DNA of 64,000 nucleotides, taken from contig JBCDJN010000002.1 of assembly GCA_039414355.1 (NCBI GenBank), positions 42,443 to 106,442 on the forward strand, written 5' to 3'. This document shows, in pieces, positions 36,516 through 45,543 of the stretch. The position numbers were made by a program, and so were the translations under genes. Numbering within the stretch: position 1 is the first letter of the stretch; every line of letters starts with the position of its first letter. This DNA comes from Planctomycetota bacterium (lineage in GTDB: Bacteria; Planctomycetota; Planctomycetia; Pirellulales; Lacipirellulaceae). The notes below the pieces were generated by a model, which was not told the origin of the DNA, searched no databases, and saw only the letters and a program-made list of their open reading frames with translations.

Positions 36516-37532
36516 ATGGAGCTTGCGATGTCTATCGATAGGAGGCGTGATGGTGGATTTACGCTCATTGAACTCTTGGTGGTGATCGGCATCATCGGCG
36601 TGCTGATGGCCTTGCTCTTGCCGGCCGTGCAGAGCGCCCGCGAGGCGAGTCGGCGGTCGAGTTGCCTCAACAGCGTCCGGCAGCTCTGCCTCGCGTCGAT
36701 GCAGTTTGAGGTGAGCATGCGGCGTTGGCCGGGGGCGTTCGATCGGCTTACGGCTCAGCACATCGAGTCGAGCGGCGGCGAACTCTTCGGCACGTGGGCG
36801 ATTCAGCTCATGCCGCACTTGGAACGCCAAGAAGTCTACGACGAGTACGCCGCGGGCCGGACGCCGGGGACGTATGTCGACCTGATGCTCTGCCCCAGCG
36901 ACGATATCAAGCAGCGGGCCGACGCCGCCAACAGCTACGTGGCCAACGCCGGCAAGCACGGGTCAACGCTAGTCCAAAGCACCGCGGACGGGCCGTTCGT
37001 CAACCGCGCGTACCAGCCGAAGCTCGCCATGCTGGAAGGCCACTGGCTTGACGGCCGTGAGTACACGCTCTCGTACAGCGAGAACCTGGGAGCGCTGCCC
37101 TACCACACGCTCGGATGGTCGGGCTTCAAGACGGGAGATGCAGGAGTCCCCGGCACATGGATCGATGGCGACTATGTCGCCGACCGGGATGACCGGCAGT
37201 GGTCGCCCGTCTTTGTCTGGCATTCCGTGCCGCAGCGAACGGCGTACATCAACGGCCCGGATGCAACCTGCCAAAACTGCGAGCCGGAGATCCTCACCCC
37301 GCTGCTCTACGGCAGCGGCTCGGATGCCGAGTTCTTGCGGGTCAACTCGTTTAACGCCCGGCCAACAAGCAACCACTCGGGCGGCGTCAACGTTGGCTTC
37401 TCCGGCGGGCGGGCAGTCTTTCTCCGCGAGAACATCGACTACGACGTGTTCCGCGCCCTGATGACGCCTAACGACCGCAAGTCGAGCTCGCCCGTGCCCA
37501 ACATCACGATCGAGGATCAGCCGTTCCTGTAG
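36516..37532 (+). CDS. DUF1559-family protein with prepilin-type N-terminal methylation helix
   Basis: [37 protein letters not shown] near the N-terminus. The C-terminal motif NHSGGVNVGFSGGRAVFLRENID is also present. Confidence 0.9.
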   Translation: MELAMSIDRRRDGGFTLIELLVVIGIIGVLMALLLPAVQSAREASRRSSCLNSVRQLCLASMQFEVSMRRWPGAFDRLTAQHIESSGGELFGTWAIQLMPHLERQEVYDEYAAGRTPGTYVDLMLCPSDDIKQRADAANSYVANAGKHGSTLVQSTADGPFVNRAYQPKLAMLEGHWLDGREYTLSYSENLGALPYHTLGWSGFKTGDAGVPGTWIDGDYVADRDDRQWSPVFVWHSVPQRTAYINGPDATCQNCEPEILTPLLYGSGSDAEFLRVNSFNARPTSNHSGGVNVGFSGGRAVFLRENIDYDVFRALMTPNDRKSSSPVPNITIEDQPFL

Positions 37533-37742
37533 GGGGCGGGTCGTGCGGGCGTCTTGAGCCCCGTTGCGTGCTTGCATCCGGAGAGGCGTTCCGACTGTGC
37601 GGGCTGTAGCGGCCGGCGCGGCTGGGGGCAGCGCGATTGCGAGGGTTTGGCTGGTCGCCGGGCGTGTGGCGGGACGAACTTCCCAAGGCGGCGCCCTGCG
37701 GCCGTCGCGCTCCTTCCCGCCCTGCTAGCACCGCCGACACGA

Positions 37743-39350
37743 ATGGCCCACCGCCCGGAAGCCCCGCCCGCCAGCCCCGGAATGGGTCTCGCCACGTGCG
37801 CCGCCGCGGCGTTGCTGCTCTCGGTGCTGGGCTACGCGGTCGCCACGCAGCGGCCGCCAGCGGAGCTATCGAAGCTTGCCGAGACGGCCGGCGACACGCT
37901 CTCGCCGCCGCTGGACGAGTTGTTCAGCGGCCCCGCGCCGCCGCCGACAACAGGACGGTTCGCCCCCTGGCCGCAGGCGGTTGCCATGGCGGAGTCTGAT
38001 GAGCCCGCGGAGCAACGCGAAGAGCCCGAGAACGAATCGATCGAACTCCCGCAGTCATTGCCAAGCCCGCCGGAGACGAACGACTCGCCCGCGACGCCAA
38101 CGCCCGCTGAGCCCGTCACCGACGACGACACGCCCATGGCGGGGTCGCCGAGCGCTGGGCCATTGTTCGCCGCTCCCGGCGACGAGTTGGCGTGGACGCA
38201 CGTGGAAGTGAGTTCTTCCGCCGCCGAGGCGTTGCTGACGCTCACCGATCCCGAGGCGCTTCGCGCCGACCAGCCAGCCATTGATGAGCTGCTCGACACG
38301 CCGGCGCCGAGCGAGCTCTCTCGCTTGCTGCGTAGCGACGTGCAGCAGGCGTACGCCCTGGGCCGCAGCGGTGCGGTCTATGCCGCTCGGCAGAAGTTCA
38401 TCGGCGTGCTGCGGAAGGTGGCTTCGGCCAAGGACAGCGCGGCCGCCACCGATCGCCACACCCAGGCGCTCGCGGCGGGGCTGAGGGCGCTGGAGGAGGC
38501 GAACGCCTTCCTGCCGAAGGGCGACGCCGTGGAGGCCGACCTGGACGTCGCCGGGCTGGCCGCTTCGCACCGCACGCCGCTCTACGCCCGGCAGTGGGAC
38601 GCCCGCGGCGTGCTCCCCCACGAGGCGATCGCCCGCTACCACCGCTTCGCTCAGCACAAGCTGAGTCTGGTTGCCTCGGGGGACGAGGCGGCGTCGATGG
38701 CGCTGCACGGGCTCGGCAAGAGCTACGCGCGGCTGGCCGCGCTGGAAGAGGCGCCGCTGGCCGAGAAGACCGCCCTCACCATGTTCCGCGCGGCCGTGGA
38801 AGCCCACCCCGCCAACTACTTGGCGGCCAACGAGCTGGGCGTCGGGCTGGCGCGGATCGGCAAGTACGAGGCCGCCGAGGCGGCGCTCGCCAAGTCCGTG
38901 GCGGCGGGCGCCGGGTCGACGGTCTATCGCAACCTGGCGGTGGTCCAGGCGAAGCTCGGCCGGCCGCGGCTCGCCCAAGCCGCGACAACGCACGCGGACC
39001 GCTTGGCGCAGAACGAGCGCTCCACCGGCGAGTTCTCCCGGCAGAACGGCGTGAAGTGGGTTCCGCCGGGTGAGTTCACCCGCGTGGCCGACGCCTACCG
39101 CCGCCGCGGCGCCAAGCACGCGCCGGCCTTGCCACGACCCGAGGGAGCTTCGCCGCCCGCGGGCGTAACTCCAAACGGCGCCACGCGTCCAGCGATCGCC
39201 GCCAACCGGCCCGCGACTAGCGCGAACGCAGACGCGAGCCGCCCGCGCATGGCGTTCTCACGGAAGTTCGCCCCGCTACGCACCGCTTCGCGAACATCGA
39301 CTGACCAAGCCTCAACGCCGCCGTCCGCCAGCCGAAACCTCCTCCGCTGA
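37743..39350 (+). CDS. membrane-anchored protein with acidic Pro-rich linker and TPR-like C-terminal region
   Basis: The ATG at 37743 (MAHRPEAPP...) is followed by a TM helix (LATCAAAALLLSVLGYAVA). The helical-repeat segment ALHGLGKSYARLAALEE...AANELGVGLARIGKYEAAEAALAKSV...YRNLAVVQAKLGR is TPR-like. The next gene starts 11 nt after the stop. Confidence 0.7.
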   Translation: MAHRPEAPPASPGMGLATCAAAALLLSVLGYAVATQRPPAELSKLAETAGDTLSPPLDELFSGPAPPPTTGRFAPWPQAVAMAESDEPAEQREEPENESIELPQSLPSPPETNDSPATPTPAEPVTDDDTPMAGSPSAGPLFAAPGDELAWTHVEVSSSAAEALLTLTDPEALRADQPAIDELLDTPAPSELSRLLRSDVQQAYALGRSGAVYAARQKFIGVLRKVASAKDSAAATDRHTQALAAGLRALEEANAFLPKGDAVEADLDVAGLAASHRTPLYARQWDARGVLPHEAIARYHRFAQHKLSLVASGDEAASMALHGLGKSYARLAALEEAPLAEKTALTMFRAAVEAHPANYLAANELGVGLARIGKYEAAEAALAKSVAAGAGSTVYRNLAVVQAKLGRPRLAQAATTHADRLAQNERSTGEFSRQNGVKWVPPGEFTRVADAYRRRGAKHAPALPRPEGASPPAGVTPNGATRPAIAANRPATSANADASRPRMAFSRKFAPLRTASRTSTDQASTPPSASRNLLR

Positions 39351-39361
39351 CCAACACGCCG

Positions 39362-40717
39362 ATGCCCTCCAGCCAAGCCCATCGCCTAAAACGCTACGCC
39401 GTTGCCGCCAGCCTTCTGGTGGTGTCGATCGGCTGGTTCACCTTTGGCGGCCGGGGCGATCGTACGCCGTTAGCTCCTCCGCCAAGCGAGTTGAGTTCGG
39501 TGAGCACGCGGTCGCTAAGCCGCGGCGCTTCGTCCGCTACCCCCATTCGGCTCTTGCCGCATCGGCCCGGCGCGGTGTCGCTCTGCCAGGCGCTCGGCCC
39601 GGCGGCGCCGCACCCGATCTGGGCAGTCGATAGCGCGGCGGGTTGCGGCTACGGCGAGGTGGGCTGGGCGTCGCGCGGCTACACCAACTGGCAGTCGTAC
39701 GCCCAGGGCGAGTACGTCGGCAACGCCCGGTTGGCTCACGTGCCCGAGTACCGGCTGCGGGTGGACGATCAGATCTCCGTCTTCTACCTGCGGACCCGCG
39801 AGATCCAGTCGCGGGACTACGAACTGCAAGTAGGTGACACCATCCGCGTCGAGTCCCTCACCGCCGGCGCTAGCGGGCCAGCGCTCTCAGCGACCGGCGG
39901 GGATCAGTCGAGCGAGGGCCCCGACGACGGCATCAACCGCGAGCTGATCATTCAGCCCGACGGCACGATTACCCTGCCGCTGGTCAACCGGGTGACGGCT
40001 GCCGGGCGGACGCTGTCGGCTTTGCAGGGCGATCTGGAGGAACGCTTCGGCGAGTTCATCAACACACCGGCCATCACGGTCACCCCGCTGGTGGTCAACA
40101 CGAAGCTGGAAGACCTGCTTGAGACCGTCGACGCGCGCGGCGGCCTGGCCGGGGGCTTGCAGATCCCCGTTGTCGTTACGCCTGCTGGCAAGATCCAGTT
40201 GCCCGGGCTCGGCAGTGTGTACGTACAGGGGCTCACCCTGGCCGAAGCGAAGCAGGAGATCGACGCCCGCTACGGTCAGTCGATCCCCGGCGTGAGCGTC
40301 ACGGTAGACCTGACCCAGCGGGCCCAACGCTTTGTCTACGTTCTCGGCGAGGTTCCTGCGCCGGGGCGGTTCGAGCTGCAGGGGCCGACGACCGTCATGC
40401 AGGCCATCGCGCTGGCCGAGGGCTGGAACGTTGGCGCCAACCTTCGGCAGGTGGTGGTCTTCCGCCGCGGGCCCGACTGGCGGCTGCTGGCCACGATGGT
40501 TGACCTCCGCGGCGCCCTGTACGCCCGCCGCCCAACGCCCGCCGACGAGATCTGGCTGAACGATTCGGACATCGTGCTGGTGCCCAAGTCGCCCATCCAG
40601 ATGGTGGACGAAGTGATCGAGCAGTTCTTCACCCGCGGCGCCTACGCCGCCGTGCCCATCGAGATCTTCTGGGGCCAGGGCTTTAGCTCGATCAGCGCTT
40701 TGACCAGCGCGAACTAA
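39362..40717 (+). CDS. polysaccharide export protein (Wza-like: Poly_export + SLBB domains)
   Basis: 451-aa ORF. IQPDGTITLPLVNRVTAAGRTLSALQGDLEERFGEFINTPAITVTP is the Poly_export motif. VYVLGEVPAPGRFELQGPTTVMQAIALAEGW is SLBB-like. Confidence 0.88.
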   Translation: MPSSQAHRLKRYAVAASLLVVSIGWFTFGGRGDRTPLAPPPSELSSVSTRSLSRGASSATPIRLLPHRPGAVSLCQALGPAAPHPIWAVDSAAGCGYGEVGWASRGYTNWQSYAQGEYVGNARLAHVPEYRLRVDDQISVFYLRTREIQSRDYELQVGDTIRVESLTAGASGPALSATGGDQSSEGPDDGINRELIIQPDGTITLPLVNRVTAAGRTLSALQGDLEERFGEFINTPAITVTPLVVNTKLEDLLETVDARGGLAGGLQIPVVVTPAGKIQLPGLGSVYVQGLTLAEAKQEIDARYGQSIPGVSVTVDLTQRAQRFVYVLGEVPAPGRFELQGPTTVMQAIALAEGWNVGANLRQVVVFRRGPDWRLLATMVDLRGALYARRPTPADEIWLNDSDIVLVPKSPIQMVDEVIEQFFTRGAYAAVPIEIFWGQGFSSISALTSAN

Positions 40718-40826
40718 CCATCCCGTTTCGGCCGCAACACGCGTTGGCGGAGTTTGCCGCTTGGTTGGGGCGTCGGTAGAGTGGGGGTGCGTTTTCATCT
40801 CCCGCCCCACTCCCCCACGCACACCC

Positions 40827-41318
40827 ATGACGCAACCCGCCCTCCGCTTTGCGACCCTGGCCGCCGCCCTCCTCCTGCCCGCTAGCTGGGCCGCCGCCCA
40901 CTGCCAGGTGCCGTGCGGCATCTACGCCGACCAGCGGCGGTTCGAGGAGATGCTGGAAGACACCGAGACCATCACCAAGGCCATCACCAACATTGGCGAC
41001 CTGGCCGGCACGCACGACGCCAAGGGCCACAACCAGCTCGCCCGCTGGGTGATGAACAAGGAGTCGCACGCCACCAACATCCAGACGATCGTGGCGGAGT
41101 ACTTCCTCGCGCAACGCGTCAAGGCGGACAAGCCGCGGTACGTGGAGCAGCTCAAGGCGAGCCACGCCGTGATTGTGGCGGCGATGAAGTGCAAGCAGGG
41201 CGCCGACGCGGCGACCGCCGAGGCGCTCAAGAAGGCGATCCTCGACCTCTACACCGCCTACGAGGGCAAGGCGCCCACCTTCGCCCACACGCACCCGGCG
41301 CCGAAGGTCAAGATCTGA
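40827..41318 (+). CDS. sodN: nickel superoxide dismutase precursor
   Basis: The Ni-hook HCQVPCGIY (His-Cys-x-x-Pro-Cys-Gly-x-Tyr) comes directly after a 24-aa leader, MTQPALRFATLAAALLLPASWAAA. A four-helix-bundle-length body follows. Confidence 0.92.
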   Translation: MTQPALRFATLAAALLLPASWAAAHCQVPCGIYADQRRFEEMLEDTETITKAITNIGDLAGTHDAKGHNQLARWVMNKESHATNIQTIVAEYFLAQRVKADKPRYVEQLKASHAVIVAAMKCKQGADAATAEALKKAILDLYTAYEGKAPTFAHTHPAPKVKI

Positions 41319-41383
41319 CCTAGCGAGTTATCCACGGGCAGTGCCCGTTGCTTGACGGCGCCCCGACCGCCAACCACCATTGA

Positions 41384-41420
41384 CCGCGGCGGCTCTCCGC
41401 GAGCCGCCGCGGTTTTTCTT
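41384..41420 (+). terminator. intrinsic terminator after sodN
   Basis: Perfect 12-bp stem ccgcggcggctc / gagccgccgcgg with loop tccgc, followed by tttttcttt. Confidence 0.85.
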
Positions 41421-41450
41421 TGCAGGGGCTGCACTGACGAGAACGAGAAA

Positions 41451-43043
41451 ATGATGAACCGCTGCTCACGCGTACTCTCCTCGGTCGCCCTGCTGGCGGC
41501 AACGCTCCTTCCGGCTGTTGCTGCCCGAGCAGCGGTGAGCTTCACCGGCGGGGTCGATTTCTCTTCCCAATCCGCGGTAACCGTTGGGACGTTCGTGCCG
41601 GGCACGCTGACCGTTAGCGGCGGGTCGAGCTTCTTCGCCGACCGACTGGACGTTGGCTTTGAGGCCCAGGGCGCCGTTACCGTCTCAGGCGTCGGCAGCA
41701 CGCTCGACGTAGGAGACGCTCGACTAGGCATCAACGCGCCAGCGGACGTGTTGGTCGAGGCGGGCGGCCAGATGTTGCTACGCAACCAGTTTACACTCGG
41801 CGCCAACGGCGGCCCGTTCAGCACGGCCAACGTCACGGTGACTGGCCGCGGTTCGACGATTGCGCCGTTTCAGCAAAGCAGTTCGCAGGTCACCCTCTCG
41901 AGTGGCCGACTGGCCGCCGAAGACGGCGCTCTGATCGCCTTGCCCGGCAGCTCCTTGCAGATCGGCGGTCAGGGCGAACTGGCGGTCGCCGGTGGCGGAA
42001 CCATCAACATCGGTGACTTCCAGAACAACGGAACGATACGCGGCGACGGCACGATTCGGCGGTCTTTCGGAGACTCACGCAATGAAGGCCGCATTGAAGT
42101 CTCACCAAGCGGCGTTCTGACGATCGACGGACCCGACTTCCAATCGATCACCAACGTCGGCGACATCGTTGTGCACGACGGGCGGCTCGTGCTCGCCGAC
42201 GCTCTGATCAACACCCGGTTTACCTCGTTCGCTTTCGGGCAGACCGATCTCCGCAACGGTGTCCTTCAGTTCACGAACGTGCCGGAGACCTCGGCGTCTC
42301 AAGCCGCCAGCTTTAGCAACAATGGCGTGCTGTCCGCCAGCGGCGGCTTGAACGACGTGTACGGCACGGTACGAAACGAGCCCCAAGGTGAGGTCGCCGT
42401 TACCAACAACAGCACGCTGGTCTTTCACGACAAGGTGGCCAACATCGGGGGCACCATCAGCGTCATGCCCGGCTCGCGTGCGGTCTTCCTTGGCGGGCTC
42501 GACATGGTGAACGCGACTCTGCTAGCCAACATCGCCGGCACGGGGGACGACACCGGCTTCGGCATCGCCGAGGTGGTTGGCGCCGCCACGCTCAGCGGCG
42601 TGGTCGACATCCCGCTTGCCGTGGGCGTGGAGACAGAGCTGGGCGATTCGTTCCCGCTGCTGTACGCCTCGGGCGGCGTGTCGGGCGGGCTTGTCCTCGG
42701 CGACACGCCCGAGCTACCCGCGGGCCAGCGGTGGCGCCTAGAGATCGACGCCAACACGGTCTCCGTCGCCGTCGCGGCGCCAACGATCGCCGGCGACTTC
42801 AACGACGACGGTGTGGTGGACGCCGCCGACTACACCGTCTGGCGGGACAACCTGGGCGCCGCGAGTGAGGGCTCGATCGCTTTCGCGGGCGACGGCGCCG
42901 GGGGCGTGGATGTCGCCGACTACAACCTGTGGCGGGCGAATCTGGGTCAAGCAGCGCCGGCCGCCGCCGCCACGCCCGAGCCGCTCTCGCTCGCGCTGCT
43001 GCTGCCGCTGGTCGCCATGCCCGGTCGACGCCGAGCTGCTTGA
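41451..43043 (+). CDS. secreted repeat protein (autotransporter-passenger-like beta-helix repeats) with dockerin-like repeat and PEP-CTERM anchor
   Basis: The ATG at 41451 gives signal peptide MMNRCSRVLSSVALLAATLLPAVAARA. The body has repeated G/T/N-rich segments. The C-terminus has [22 protein letters not shown]...VDVADYNLWRANLG...TPEPLSLALLLPLVAMPGRRRAA. Confidence 0.85.
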   Translation: MMNRCSRVLSSVALLAATLLPAVAARAAVSFTGGVDFSSQSAVTVGTFVPGTLTVSGGSSFFADRLDVGFEAQGAVTVSGVGSTLDVGDARLGINAPADVLVEAGGQMLLRNQFTLGANGGPFSTANVTVTGRGSTIAPFQQSSSQVTLSSGRLAAEDGALIALPGSSLQIGGQGELAVAGGGTINIGDFQNNGTIRGDGTIRRSFGDSRNEGRIEVSPSGVLTIDGPDFQSITNVGDIVVHDGRLVLADALINTRFTSFAFGQTDLRNGVLQFTNVPETSASQAASFSNNGVLSASGGLNDVYGTVRNEPQGEVAVTNNSTLVFHDKVANIGGTISVMPGSRAVFLGGLDMVNATLLANIAGTGDDTGFGIAEVVGAATLSGVVDIPLAVGVETELGDSFPLLYASGGVSGGLVLGDTPELPAGQRWRLEIDANTVSVAVAAPTIAGDFNDDGVVDAADYTVWRDNLGAASEGSIAFAGDGAGGVDVADYNLWRANLGQAAPAAAATPEPLSLALLLPLVAMPGRRRAA

Positions 43044-43075
43044 TACTTTGTGCACGTAGTCATTAGACTGGGGGT

Positions 43076-45523
43076 ATGGAACGCGCCTACCGATGCACGG
43101 TTCGCCTGCTGCTGGCCCCGCTCACGTTTGCCGCGGTCCTGGGCTCAGCAACGCCCCTGACAGCGGCCAACGAGACGGCGGGTGATTCGCCGATCGACTT
43201 CGGCCGCGACGTGCAGCCGCTCCTGGCGGCCCACTGCTACGCGTGCCACGGGCCCGACGGCGGCGAGAGCGGCCTGTCGTTGACCGATCGCGACGCCGCC
43301 CTCGACGCGCTCTCGCCCGACACGCCCGACCAGAGCGAGCTGCTCCACCGCGTCACTTCGACCGATCCCGATCTGCGGATGCCGCCCGAGGGCGATCCGC
43401 TGTCCGATGAGCAGGTGGCGCTGTTGCGGCGGTGGATCCGCGACGGCGCCCCCTACGCCAAGCACTGGGCGTTTGAGCCGGTGGCGGAAGTCTCGCCGCC
43501 CGCGGTCAAAGATGAGTCTTGGGCGAAGAACCCGATCGATCGGTTTGTGCTTTCCGGGCTCGAAGCGGCCAAGCTCAAGCCCGCGCCTCCGGCGTCGCGG
43601 CGGGTGCTCGCGCGGCGGGTCTACTTCGACGTGATCGGCCTTCCGCCAACGCCGCGGCAGCTCCAGGAGTTCCTCGCCGACGATCGGCCCGATGCGTACG
43701 AGCGGCTGGTCGACAAGTTGCTCGCCTCGCCACACTACGGCGAGAAGTGGGCGCGGCACTGGCTCGACGTGGTCCGCTACGCCGAGACCAACAGCTTCGA
43801 ACGCGACGCGGCCAAGCCCAACGCGTGGAAGTACCGCGACTACGTCATCCGCTCGCTGAACGACGACAAGCCGTACGACCGGTTCATCCGCGAACAGTTG
43901 GCGGGCGACGAGCTAGACGAAGCCGACGCCGCTAGCGATCCAGCGGAGCGCATCACCGCCACCGGCTACTACCGCCTGGGCACGTGGGACGACGAGCCGG
44001 CCGACGCGTTGCAGTCCAAGTACGACGACCTGGACAGCATCCTCTCCACCACCAGCCAGGCGGTGCTTGGGTTGACCGTGGGCTGCGCGCGGTGCCACGA
44101 CCACAAGATCGACCCGATCCCGCAGACCGACTACTACGGCCTGCTAGCGTTCTTCGCCGACGTGACGCCCTACGCCAAGCGGAGCGACAAGACCACCAAC
44201 AACCAGTGGGACCTCTCCGAAGCGGGCGTGCTTGCCGAGCGGAAGCAGCTCACCCAAGAACAACGTCAGGTGCGGCGGGCGATGCGGACATTTGAGCAAG
44301 CGGCCATCGCCAAGATGGACGCGCTGGATCAAGCCCGCACCGAGGGCCACGAGCGTGAGCAGGTGCTCGAGGAGAAGCTGCACTTGTTCGTCACCGCCGA
44401 CGAGTACCGCGGTTATCGCGAGCAGCAGCAGACGGTCGAAGCGATCAACACCAAGCTCGCCGAACTGCCCGAAGTGGAAACGGTAATGGCGCTCGCCAAG
44501 TGCGACCCGCACCCGCCGACGATGCACGTGATGATGCGAGGCAACCCCCACGCCCCTGGCGAGGAGGTCTCGCCAAGCTTCCCGGAACTCTTCGGCGACG
44601 CGCCGCCCGAGATCGCGCCGGCGCCGGAGGGGGCACGCTCGGCCGGCCGCCGCCGCGTGCTGGCCGACTGGATTACCAGCCCCGAAAACCGGCTCACGAG
44701 CCGGGTGATCGCCAACCGGGTTTGGCAGCATCACTTCGGCCGCGGCATTGTCCGCAGCGCGAACAACTTCGGCCAACTCGGCACGCCGCCCACGCACCCG
44801 GAACTGCTCGATTGGCTCGCGGCGTGGCTGGTGCAGCACGACTGGCGTCTGAAGCCGCTCCACCGGCTGATGCTCACTTCGAGCACCTACCAGATGTCGA
44901 GCCAGGCCAACGCCGAAGCCCTGGCCGCCGACCCGGCGAACGACCTCTTCTGGCGGTTCAACATGCGGCGGCTCTCGGCCGAAGAACTCCGCGACGCGGT
45001 GCTCACGGTCTCCGGCAAACTGAACGACAAGCTCTACGGGCCGAGCATCTACCCCAAGCTCTCCCAAGAGGTGCTGCAGACCCAAAGCCAGCCGGGCAAG
45101 GGCTGGGAAACGTCCACGCCGCGCGAGGCGTCACGCCGCAGCATTTACATCCACATCAAGCGGAGCCTGATCCCGCCGGAGCTCGCCGCCTTCGACTTCC
45201 CAGAGACCGACACTAGTTGCGAGGCGCGCTTCAACACCACGCAGGCGGCCCAGGCGCTGAACCTGATGCACGGCGAGTTCCTGCAAACGCAGGCGAGCCA
45301 CCTCGCCGAAAGTGTCCGCAAAGAAGCCGGCGAAGACCTCGACAAGCAGCTCGGCCACGCCCTGCGGCTCACCCTGGGCCGCGAGCCCGACCCGGAGACG
45401 ATCGCCAGCGGAAGCCGCCTGGTCGCCAAGCTCCAAACCGATCACGGCAAGACCGACGCCGAGGCACTCCGCCAATGGTGTGTGCTGGTGCTCAACCTCA
45501 ACGAATTCGCTTACCTCGATTAG
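43076..45523 (+). CDS. PSCyt1 / DUF1549 / DUF1553 domain protein (planctomycete cytochrome c domain)
   Basis: 815-aa ORF with a signal peptide. The heme motif is CYACHGPD, with LRMPP downstream. CARCHDHKIDP is the DUF1549 hallmark. The C-terminus has the DUF1553 pattern. Confidence 0.93.
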   Translation: MERAYRCTVRLLLAPLTFAAVLGSATPLTAANETAGDSPIDFGRDVQPLLAAHCYACHGPDGGESGLSLTDRDAALDALSPDTPDQSELLHRVTSTDPDLRMPPEGDPLSDEQVALLRRWIRDGAPYAKHWAFEPVAEVSPPAVKDESWAKNPIDRFVLSGLEAAKLKPAPPASRRVLARRVYFDVIGLPPTPRQLQEFLADDRPDAYERLVDKLLASPHYGEKWARHWLDVVRYAETNSFERDAAKPNAWKYRDYVIRSLNDDKPYDRFIREQLAGDELDEADAASDPAERITATGYYRLGTWDDEPADALQSKYDDLDSILSTTSQAVLGLTVGCARCHDHKIDPIPQTDYYGLLAFFADVTPYAKRSDKTTNNQWDLSEAGVLAERKQLTQEQRQVRRAMRTFEQAAIAKMDALDQARTEGHEREQVLEEKLHLFVTADEYRGYREQQQTVEAINTKLAELPEVETVMALAKCDPHPPTMHVMMRGNPHAPGEEVSPSFPELFGDAPPEIAPAPEGARSAGRRRVLADWITSPENRLTSRVIANRVWQHHFGRGIVRSANNFGQLGTPPTHPELLDWLAAWLVQHDWRLKPLHRLMLTSSTYQMSSQANAEALAADPANDLFWRFNMRRLSAEELRDAVLTVSGKLNDKLYGPSIYPKLSQEVLQTQSQPGKGWETSTPREASRRSIYIHIKRSLIPPELAAFDFPETDTSCEARFNTTQAAQALNLMHGEFLQTQASHLAESVRKEAGEDLDKQLGHALRLTLGREPDPETIASGSRLVAKLQTDHGKTDAEALRQWCVLVLNLNEFAYLD

Positions 45524-45543
45524 CCGAGGGCTGAAGGCAAACC

